Under the pieces are notes generated by a model. The model was not told where the DNA came from. It searched no databases and saw only the letters and a list, made by a program, of their open reading frames with translations. From positions 37,386,001 to 37,450,000 of the forward strand of contig CM068742.1 of NCBI GenBank assembly GCA_035084275.1: a stretch of 64,000 nucleotides of DNA, given 5' to 3'. The position numbers were made by a program, and so were the translations under genes. Positions 39,001 through 51,000 of this stretch are shown here, piece after piece. The stretch is from Hydrolagus colliei (Eukaryota). Positions within the stretch are counted from its first letter, which is position 1. Each line of letters starts with the position of its first letter.

Positions 39001-42000
39001 AGAAGGTAATGGAAAAGGACTGGCATCCTTCCAGTTTATGTTGTATTGAATCAGGGTAGCACCATCTTTGGTCATTGTGGTTAACTTCACGTCCCCTTTT
39101 GTTAAAGCTGTTGTTGTCCTTTTTTACCTGTTTAGCCTTTCAGTTTCCACCTCAAATTCACGGATTTTGCTTTCGGAGATCGCTGACCCATGGGAATAAA
39201 GTGTTTGAAAAATTTCTTGGATATTGGAACAGTCTTGCAAAGAATGGGCCAAGTGTTCTGCTACACTACTGGATACCTGTGGAAGGAGATGAGATGAGGT
39301 TTCTGTGAAATTTGCTGTTATATGCTTCAATGTTAGTTTTCAGTTAATTCTTACATTTACATGCACATGGAATGATAAAATACAATGATGTGGGACACTC
39401 AGTAGCTACTTATAGCATGTTTGGAAAAAAGAATCATCATAGGAAACAAAAATAGCAAACTTCCCATTCAAAGAAACTTCAGGAGGTCAAAGACAGAGAT
39501 TTGGCAGATGAAATTTCCCGCAAAAAGTGCGAGTTTACACAATTTGGGAGGAAGAATAAGGAGAGGAAGTATACGTTATCATTTTTAAATGAGTAGAACA
39601 ACATTGGAGACTGCAAGCTAATGGAAATCATTTTAAATCATGGAAAAATCTTAAGTGTTAAAATCCAACTTCTATTTTGACACAAATACTGTACTCCACA
39701 TTAAAATTGGCATAAATTATCTCCCATCAAAAGGGTCATTGGCAAAACTATTTTCCTTTTTCAGATAGTGGTTAGGCTGCTGTGAATTTCCAGATTTCTC
39801 ATTTTATTTGAAATGTTCAGAATTGTCACTTTCTTTTCCGTTCCACTTCAGAGTCAGATCTCTCTCATTTCATAATGATAAAATAATAATAATATTTATG
39901 GGTGAGACACTGCAGCCAATTGCACACAACAGTGTCCCACAAACAGTCATGGATTTAAATAATATATTTTTTTTAATTTACATATTATTATCAGGCATGT
40001 GGAATAAGGAAATTTGCCCAAGGTTTCGCCCTGACCTTCCTGGAATTAAACCAAGGTCTCTCACCGGTGAGGCGAGTGCTCTAACCACTGAGCTACAGGA
40101 CGACACTGTCGAGTGGATGTGGACATAGGCTACACCTCCGCAAAGTGCAAGAACAGACATTCAGAACAATGCAGCAAATATCAGAAATCCCACAGGGAGG
40201 GAGGTTTAAACCAGTCATGACTTGAGTTCAGATGTATAGTCTGAACTAATACAATGTGAGGTATTAAAATGTAAGCACCCAGTGGATAGATGACCTAATG
40301 GTCAGAGGGACTACCCAATACATCACAAATCCACACAGACATTATAGTTGTAGATTCAATTCACATTATGTGCTTTGTTAGCTGATCTCAGTTAGCAAGT
40401 ACAGTAGTTGTAATTCTACAATTGTCCTCCCGACGTGAAAGGCGCTCTATAAATGTAATTTTATTGTTATTGTTGTTGTCCTACCCACTCCTTAATCAAA
40501 GACAACTAAAGTTCCCACTACATATCACTTTCCAGTGATTTGCTGGAAAATATGTGGATGTCAGGGAGACAACTGGTTTCTACACGAGAATCTCCTACAA
40601 TTAATTTAGCTGATCTGTGTTTTGTTTCCTAAACCTTACTCTCTAATGAATTTTAAAAGATTTATTTAATACTGTATAACAAACTAAACATTACATTATT
40701 CTGAATATTCATGTTTGTTTTTCTTTTCTTTATACAATGGAGGCTGACTTTGCTTTATAGGCATCTTCAAAGTAGAGACTACAGGCCTGTGCAGCCAAAT
40801 TATTCAGTGTGTAAATTGGAGTAAATCTATTGACACTAAGATCTCAAATCTTTACTAACCAGTCTGTCAAAAAGATAAGTAAATGTTTAGCAACTTATTA
40901 GCGAGTAGTTTGCGAAATTGACGCCTGACCTGCAAATTATGAATCATTAAAATTGTTGCTTCTAATGGGGTTTAAATACTTACACCAATACTGCTAATCT
41001 CTGAACCAAGAACTGGTCGGTCTGAAGAAGACGACTCTGACCTTGTTTTTGACAGCTTTACCCGTTCAGCAACCTTGTGATCGAGGAACAAAATGCTAAC
41101 ATTAGTAACTGCCTTGCTTGTGCCATAGTATGAAAAAAAACATTTGCAAAAGCTGCATCACATCACAAAATTAATTCTTACACTGATTAATGCAAGTTGA
41201 CACCCTTTAATTTTACCTAAAAGCCTCCAAATTAATACTAATTTATCTCCCTCCGCAATACAAGTTAATGTGTCCTTTATGGTTACCCTAAAATACTCCC
41301 AAGAGAAAGGAAATACGATTTTCAGGCTAATTACGGAGTCTCCACAGCAGCTGCACAATGATGGTGGCTGTTATAGATAATGTAATGAGATTGCCAGAGG
41401 CCACAGAAACTCACCTTCGCAATAGGGATATCATTGCTGCTGCTGCTTGTGCTGAGCTCACCAGTACTGGGGTTGATTGGTCGATTTGCTGCAGTCAAGC
41501 GGCCTGGACTAGCTGGACCAGATGCTTGAATGCTTTGCAGACGTGTCTGCAACTCTCGCACCTGCATTAAAAACACAACCCACTGTAATTATATCCTACA
41601 GATATCAACATTAGGAAATGAGTATAAAATCATGCAAACCATTGAACAGATGCAAAACAAAATTACAATTACATCAGGAATAAAAATATTTGATTGATCT
41701 CCAGCTCAAGTGTTCATCAACAATTTGAGATTGTTATATATACACAAATATATTTTAACAATTTCCGTTCAGATAATGCTCTTCATGTAAAAAATAGCTG
41801 ACTTAATAAAATATAAATGATTTTAAATGAAAGTGAATGTTGTTACAGAGGCAAATGTGGTAGCTAGTTTGCATTAAGATGGGAATACAAAATAGGATTT
41901 TTTTAAAATTTATATTTAGCCTGCAGTATTTGTTGAACATGTTTCACAGCTTAAGTTTGCTGGAACGCTGTGCCTACATTAGGCACCATGCATATTTAAA

Positions 42001-45000
42001 GATTGAGGCAATTTTGTTTGATTGTAGCCCTTGAGGTTGAGTTCAGCTGCGCTGGGGATGGAGGGATGGAGAGAGAAGTGACTTCATCAGTAGTCTTGCT
42101 GGATAAAGTATTTTTGAATCGGACTCTGGTGTTGTTTTATTTCCTCTACCACTATTGGTTTTCTTTCTCATCCTGAGAGAGCTTTCAGGGTGAACCCTAG
42201 ACTGTATTGTTACTGCATCAGCTCCAAACAGAGCTATGTGTCCTGACTGTCACCTGTACTGAATGGATTTCACATTTTAATGTGTACGAGAAGGAAAGAG
42301 TGGATATACTATGCTAGGAAAGATTATTTAGGCAATCCTTGGTTTATCTCTGACTTCCATCCTCACTTACTCTTCAATATTTCCACTATAAGAATACAAA
42401 ATAGTTTCCCTGTTGCTGCTTCCAGCCTTGCTAGTGTACTACACTATGTCCATTTGCTCCTCTGAGAGGAAGACTGTGTACTCTAGAACTAAAAATTCTG
42501 CTTTTGTCATTTCACAAAGATCGGTTTTGGAGAAGGCACATTTGATCTCATTCTTGCAGGTTACCAAGCCAAACATACTCCCATCATAGCATCGATCTGT
42601 TTTTAAAATGAGTCCAGTGTCCTGGCCTCAGTTTGTTCCAGTTCGTAATTGCCATCCTTTGCCAATCAAGGTACCACCCTCAAGGATACCAAGAGGTTTC
42701 AATATTTATCAAAACTCACAATTGAAAAACAAAATTGCCTGCCATTTAACTAAATAGTTTCTGGTGTCTGTCCTAAACTTGCTTTTCACAACCTTGAACA
42801 CAACACTTGCCTTCCCACATCTGAAATTAAATAGGACAACTCAGTTTAATATCCACAAACCAGTCTGATAGCAGTCAGCTCATTAATATGTCTATCAATT
42901 AAAAACTGCTGCATTTTTCAAGTTAGCACGTTTTTTCTAATTCAGGCTAATAGTAACCATAAAGCTTGCCAGGGGCAATATTAATGGTAAGTTGTTTGAT
43001 TTTGGAAGGTTGGACACTAGCAGTTACTTTCGTGCATACTTTGGCTCCCCTAGGCCTTGGTTATTGCATTTTCCAGAGTTGTGTAGGCAGATGCATCCAT
43101 CCAGGATAGAGTGCGCACATTCTATTCCAACAATCTATCTTGGGAATTCCCATGTAGGTAGGATGAATGGAAATCTCAGTTGGGTTTAGATACTCTTCAG
43201 CATGGTGATTGGTTTCCACATGTGTCAGACTCCCAGCTGATCAAAAAATTTATTTGTTCAATACAGAAGGGACAGAACCTGGAAGAAACGAAGCCTGAAA
43301 AATTTGAAGGAAGTAAGATGTGAGCAGGGGGCTGTTTGTCTTAATCTTACCATCATTTGACCGTACTAGCAAAAGCCCTGAATGTTTTAGCCAAACTGAG
43401 ATTATTTATTGCCAGAGACTATTTAATAATAAAAAATAATAATATTTGGTCACTTCAATCCATAACTGTTTGTAGGTCACTGTTGCAATCAATTGACTGC
43501 CGGGTTTCCGCCACAAAATATACAGTCAATCCAATTGACGATTTAGTCTATGAAATGCTCTGAGACATCTCAAGGATGTAATAAGGTGCTATATTGAATG
43601 CAAGTATTATTATTATTTAAAAAATTACAGAACTGAATTTGGGAATATTGTACAAATAACCCAATGCAAAAAAACACGAAAGGAAACTCAATACTTTGAG
43701 TTAAACCAATTAAATTGAATTGATGGAAAACGGTTGAATGCCACTATTCATGCCATCTGCTTTTCTAAATATTTCACAGAAATGAGTTTCATGCCTTAAA
43801 TTCCCTGGTGATGATCATCAATGGAGCTCTATCTACTCCATAGTCTGCTGGCTGACAATCTCACAAACAAAACAAAATATAATTTCCCAAACAGGGAGTT
43901 TAGCAATAATTGCTTCCAGTAAGATTGCTTATACAACGACAGAGGGAATTCTGTGCATTTTTTCTTGTTAGATTTTGAACTTGAGGCTCATTTAACAAAG
44001 GCTAATTTAATTTGTCAAATTATGCCAAGTATGCCTTTCTACATTTCACTAAAATCATAACTACAACCTTCAATAGTAAATTAAAAATAATTTCAATTAG
44101 ACTATGCTAATTTTCGTGCTTTATAATGGCTTGTATTTTTCAGATGTTCCTGACTGGGTATGGCTCAACTGCGAAAACTCCCTCCTCATCGGCCTTCCCA
44201 GCTCCTCCCTTCCCAAGCTGCAGATCATCCAAAACTCTGCAGCCCGTGTCTTCTCCCACACAGGGCTCTGCAATCCCATTGCTACCACCCCCACCTGGCT
44301 CCATTGGCTCCCCATCCCCCAGAGGATCTAATTCAAAATCCTTGTTCTCACTTTCAAGGCAAAGCTGCCAACCTTTTTTTTAAAACAAAAAAAAGTACTC
44401 CTGAAAGCTAAAAACAGTATTTTGTAGTAAAAACAAGTATTTTCCCCAGAACCTACCGGTATTTAACGAAAAACTTACAGTGCAAAAAGACGCCAAGTAA
44501 AATGCCAACTTACAAACACGTACATGAACAAATGACAATAATCATGACTTCCTCCCCCTACACTGCCCTACCCCATGTTCGGGACCCTGACTGTTCAGTG
44601 CCCAGGGAAGTCCTCAGGACATGAAAGGCGCTCTATAAATATAATTTTGTTGTAATCATAAAAACAGAAAAATTGCAGCATTAAGCCCAATGAGCCCAAA
44701 TTGTGCTCATTCTCCACCGGCGCTAACAACTTTGATCTTTACAATCTGGTCTTTCTCCATATGCTTTCCAATGAAATGCTTATCAAACTAACTTTTAAAT
44801 GTTCTAATCTTAAACTCAAGTACATGTGACAAAGCATTCTGTTTTAGAAATCCTATGTATATAAAGGTTTCTACTAGGGTCCGGCGATATATCGCTAAAA
44901 CCCAATATAATTTTTATATCGATATGCCGATATAGACATTTTAAAAATATCGATATATCGAAAAACGATATATCGAGGTAAAAAATCAGGATGCGAGCAC

Positions 45001-48000
45001 ACTGAACTACAAGACCCAGAATGCTCATCTCTATACACAATGCACAGACCGAGGTGCAAAGCCGCCATATTGTATTCATAGTCCTCGAATACAATATACA
45101 GGTATGCAAGCGGTGGGGGGGGGGGGGGGGGAAGGGGGACAGACGGCTGGGTGGGGGGGGTGAGGGGGAGAGAGACGGCTGGGGGTAGGGGGAGAGAGAC
45201 GGCTGGGGGGAGAGGGGGAGAGAGACGGCTGGGGGAAGAGGGAGAGAGATGGCTGGGGGGGGGGGGGGGGAGAGGGGGAGAGAGACGAATGGGGGGAGGG
45301 GGAGAGAGACGGCTGGGGGGAGGGGGAGAGAGACGGCTGGGGGGAGGGGGAGAGAGACGGCTGGGGGGAGGGGGAGAGAGACGGCTGGGGGGAGGGGGAG
45401 AGAGACGGGGGGGGGGAGGGAGAAAGAGACGGCTGGGGGGTGGTGGGGGAGAGAGACGATGGGGTGGGGGGTGCGAGAGAGGGACGGGGGGAGGGCTGGG
45501 GGGAGGGGGAGAGAGACAGCAGGTGGGGGAGGAGAGAGACGGCTGGAGGGAGGGGCAGAGAGACGGCTGGGGGGGAGGAGGAGAGAGACGGCTGTGGAGG
45601 GGGGAGAGAGACGGCTTGGGGGGGGAGGGAGAGAGAGACGGCGGGGGTGGGGAGGGAGAAAGAGACGGCTGGGGGGGTGGTGAGGGAGAGAGACGACGGG
45701 GGTGGGGGGTGCGAGAGAGGGACGGCGGGGGGTGGCAGAGAGACGGGGTGGATGTGATAATATACAGATAGATAGAGATGGGGGGGGATGTGAGAGAGGA
45801 GAGAGGGAGAGAGACACAGAGACACACAGACAGAAAAACACAGAGATGGAGAGAGTGAGAGACACAGAGAGAGAAAGATATTTACCTCCTGAGGAGATAG
45901 GCCCCGAATGCGCGCGCACCCAGAATGCGCGTGCACCCAGAATGCGCGTGCACCCGGAACGCGCGCACACCCCGAATGCGCGCATCGCGCGCGCAATATC
46001 AGTACGAAAAACCCGAAAATATAAATATTTCGATATATCTCGATATGAGCCTATCGATATATCTAAATTGGAAAATTTCCATATCGACGGACCCTAGTTT
46101 CTACCCATCGACAAAGATTGCTAGGAATGCACCAAAGCATGGAAATTGGCCACTCGGCCCCACCAGTGTTTTTGCCCGTGTTTTTATTCCACATGAGTTT
46201 TCACCTATTCTTTACACTGTCTCATTCACTTCTATTCCCCCCTCTCTCATGGGAACAACAAATTAACAACAAATTACACTTATAAAGCGCCTTTCACGTC
46301 GGGAGGACGTCCCAAGGACTAATGTGCATTTGTACTTATCTGCTTTAATCACGACTTCAGGCAGCAAGTTCCATAACCTCGATATGCTCTGTATGAATTA
46401 GTTCCTCCTAAAATTTCTCTTTTTTTCTCTCTCTCTCTCAATTATTCCAATGACAAGCTTTAATAATAATACTTATCCTTGCATCGGCATCCCAAAGCGC
46501 TTCACAGAATATACTGTAAAGTGAATTGACTGTATATTTGTGGGCGAATCGCGGCAGCCAATTGCGCACAGCAGTGTCCCACAAACAGTCATGGATTGAA
46601 ATGACCAATTTTATTATTGTGGTGTTTTTGGAGGGATTATTATTAATAGGCGTGTGGAGTAAGGAAACTTGCCCAAGGTTTCGCCCTGACTTGCCTGGAT
46701 TCGAGCACAGGTCTCCCCAGCTTGGTCCTCCCAGCTTGTAAGACAAGTGCTCTAACCACTGAGCCACAGGAGCTCTACATCTACACCACACATCTAATCT
46801 ACACCTCATAGTTGCCGATTTATCAAAGTGTAGGAATTCACATTCCCTATACATTTTCTTAAAACTTCAGAATTTGGATGATCTGTTTTAGGTCCTTTCT
46901 GAACTTTCTCTGTTCCAGTGAAATCAAAGCCAAATTTTTCATATTCACCCTCATTCCTGCAACAACAAATTATACTGGTATAGCACCATCACATCGGAAA
47001 GACATTCAATAACATTTATCTGAACCCATGTTGCACCCTTTCTGACATCCTTTTAATAATAGGGCACACAATACTCCAGCTGCCAACTAACCAATGTCTT
47101 ACATAAGGTTTATATCACTTGCTTGATTTATATCAGGATTGAAGCCCAGCGGGCTAATCATGTCCCACTGACCCCTTCCATCTGCTCCCAGTCACAGCGT
47201 GCGCACTTTGGCTGTCTCAACCGACCAGAGTTGCTTCCCCCAAACACTCCCATCCCTGTCCCCAACCCTCCACTACTCCCAACCGCAGCTCGGGTCTGAA
47301 ACAATGGTTGTCCAGCGTCTTGGGATGTCCTCCTGACATGAAAGGAGCTATACATGTGTAATTTAGTTGTTGTTCAATAAAATAGCCACTAGCCACATGT
47401 GGCAAATTGACAATTAAGCTGTGGCTAAATTACATTTCTAACTAGTAAATAAAAATGAGTAGCAGACACCACTGTTGAGCATGTGATCTCAATATTCTTT
47501 GACTTTGATCTTTTCGTGTGTTTGTTGGTCAAATTGTAAGACAAAAGCAGTGTGCACAAGTGTTTTTTGGTTGTTGTGAGTGCTTTGCTTCCTTGGTTGC
47601 TGCCTATTGGTTATCTGGTAAAATGGTGTGTAATACAGCCGAGAATGCCAGATTCCAGCACCATGGAAACATCAGCAATATTATACGAAGAGGGGAGCTG
47701 TCAATTGAACAACAAGCAGCATTCAATTGGATAGTGTTCAGGAAAATTCAAGTCTCCACTAGCTATAAAATATAGGAAATCATCATTTAAAAATTGGCAA
47801 ACATCATAGCATTCTCTATCTAGCAATCGCTAAAATAATTTAATTTTAAAAAAATTATCAAGCACAGAGAAATGTTTCTGCATCAAAAAAAGCAATGTAG
47901 ATGTTCATTTACTTTATAATATATTTGTTAGTAACAAGCATCAATAAGTCGGTCTTAAACTAATTTAATTAATTTTTAGTTATTCCAGAATAGCCTTCAG

Positions 48001-51000
48001 AGAGTACTGAATTTAATTACAGAATGCCAAAGTAGTAGATTTATCGATTCAGAAATCTCTAATCAATATTTTGTAACTAATTCAATCCGAATTAATCTTG
48101 AGGAAATTTGTAAATGAAGCACAAGATTTTAAAAAATCAAAATATTGTTTTGGAAGAAAAGTTGTACCAGAAAATGTTTCATGTACCTTTTCAAATTTTT
48201 TGGAGTACACTTTAGATTGTGGATTTAATATGGATAATATATTTCTGTTTGTTGATTCCTTTTACTTTGATACTGGTTTAAAACAAGTGATTTTTAAAAA
48301 TTCAATTCTGACACCTATCAGTTTCCTGCTGCCTTACTAACCTAAAATATTCTGTTGTGCATCACCCACATTCTCACCAAGCTACATATCGAACTGCCCT
48401 TAAGTTCCCCATTCTTACTTTCAAATGTCTCCACAGCTTTGTCCTAGTTCTATACTTAAAGGATATATAACGACTGGAGCAGGTTGAGGGCCAAGGCACT
48501 ATGATTCTCTGAACACCTGCAACTATACTGCAAATCCCTAGTCACTCCCTCTATTGTAATATATTAAAAATGATCACATGGTATAGCATAACTGAACTAT
48601 AACATTCCCCACAAACACAGAAACAACAACAAAATTATATTTGTATAGCGCCTTTCAGGTCCCAAGGTGCTGGACCCGAGCTTGGGGTTGGGGAGAGTCA
48701 GGGGGCGGGTGGGGGGAAGGAATGTAATCAAAAGCAGTCGAAGAGGACGGTCTTGAGATGGGTCTTGAAAGAGGCAAGGGAGATAGCAAGGCAAGGGAGC
48801 TGCGGGATGGAATTCCAGAGGGTTCAGACAGAGTGGCTGAAGGCCCACCAATGGTGGAGCGGGTGAGGCAAGGGACCTGAGGTAGGCCAAAACCTGCTGA
48901 GCGGAGGGAGTGGGCAGGTTGGTAGGGATTTAGGATGTCACAGAGGAAGGGGGACCACGAGGTATTGGAAAACTGAAGGATCTTAAACTGGATCCGTTGT
49001 GTGATGGGAAGCCAGTGGAGTTGGGCGAGGATGGCGGTGATAGGCTCATGAAGCCTAGTGCGGGAGGACATGGGCTGCAGAGTTCTCGATGATCTGCAGA
49101 CTATAAGCAAGGATACACAAACATGTGTATGAGGGTTTCGGTGGCCTGCGGTGTGAGACAATGGCAGAGCTGGGCGATGTTGCGGAGATGGGGGAAAGGC
49201 AGAGCGGGTCATTGCATCAATGTGGCGTAGAAAGGATAGTTGAGGGTCAAACAAGGTTTTGTAAGGTGCATCCTTGGATGGTGATGCTGTCAACACCTGA
49301 GGTGTGGAGGCGCCGAATGGAGCCAATCAGGAAGGTCCCGCTCTTGTTGACATTCAAATGAAGAAAGTTAGCTCACATCCAGGACCTGATGTCTGACAGA
49401 TATTCTGTCAGGTCAGCAGTGGACCTGCAGTCAAGCGTGATGGCAGAGAGATATAGTTGGCCGAATGTCTGCGGATGATGTCACCGAGCGGGAGCATTTA
49501 GATATTAAACATAGCAGAATAACCTGATTATTCCACTCGCATGGCCGTAAACACTGATACTTGTTTACAATTAGTGATGAACAGGATTTCAAACAGAATC
49601 TTACCCTCCGTCGTAACCGGTCTCTTTCTTCACGTATAGCATTCATGGTGGCCTTGGTTCTGTTCAGCTCTTCTTCTTTACTGCACAACATGGCTGTGAG
49701 GCTTTCATTTTCTTCCCTCAGGCCCGCTAACTCCTTCTCCCATCGAGACCTCTCCTCAGTGAGGCTAGGATAGAAGTCATGTCCTAATACTCCCTCAATC
49801 TCCTCAACAGTCTATTAAGAATGTGAAAGATATCAGCAAAACAATGTTTACAAGAAAGGAAAGGAAGGTATTGCACTTCCTAGAATTAGTAAAAAAAAAT
49901 AAGAGTTTATAGATAGCATCTAATCCTAAAATGTAGAACCATTGAGAGTAAGTTTAGGATTTGAAATGCATGAATGCTCTATTAAATTTTTCAATGGATT
50001 AAATTTTTCATTTCAATCGTGAGTAATTTAGCAGAATACAAAGGTATAAAACAAGTTTTGAGAACAATAAAGAAAGAGAGGTTAGGTGAACGGGAATAGG
50101 TTATAATCAAGAAATACAAGGAGGGGTAGGCAAGCATGAAATCTAAAAGTCTCAAGTCCATAAATTATTAAAAATCTATTTTGCAGGTTCAGAAAGCAAT
50201 CAATACTGGTAATAAATGTTGAGGTTTATAACAAGATATCCAGAATCAAGGAAGTGTTTTCCAGTTACACGGGAAATTTATACAAGCTTTTGATTCAGTG
50301 TTAATAAGATAGATTGAGAGAGATACACAGAGAAATTGAGACAGACAGAGGTTGGGATATGCGAAACGGGATTCAAAGATGTGGCATGATCTAGCAAACT
50401 GGCAAAACATACTCAACAGGCTGAATAACCTCCTCCTGCTTTTAACATTAAATGATTTAAGTGAATTACAGGATGAAACATGGGCCATATCATCCTTAAT
50501 TCACTTTTTAAAGTTGGTAGAACAACTAATATCTTTGCAATCCATTACCTTAGTCGTGCCTCGGACAACTATGATGAGCAAATGCATAGTCAGTAGTGTC
50601 ACATGCTTAATTAACCTTATAGGAAACTTATCGACAGGTTTTCCTAGAATTTTGCATGACAATTATTTATGATGAAATGCCTGTTGATTCACTGTAAATT
50701 TTCTCAACCTTTGCAGTTTGTGATTTATGCTATCATGGAATGAGGTGGAGCATGGGAAGCACATATAAATGCCACAAAATAATGAGGATAAATTGTACGT
50801 TAGGGATTTGAATGTCTTTTTACCATTGTATACTCCAAAAATAGTGGAAACAAATCAATTAGATTTTAACAAAGTATAAAAAATAATAAACTGTAGTCTT
50901 TTAGCACAAATAGAGGTCAAAAAGGTTTCTGCAGACCATTTGATGGTTCAATCTAAACCACACCTAATAGGGTTCTATTTCACAGAGAAACAGAACTGAC

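Noticed and set aside
42045-42172. Short minus-strand ORF MRKKTNSG...KILYPARLLM as an alternative MCC exon or L1 ORF1 relic
   Set aside because: Only 42 codons, ends in a stop, no donor site found; a six-residue resemblance is not significant.
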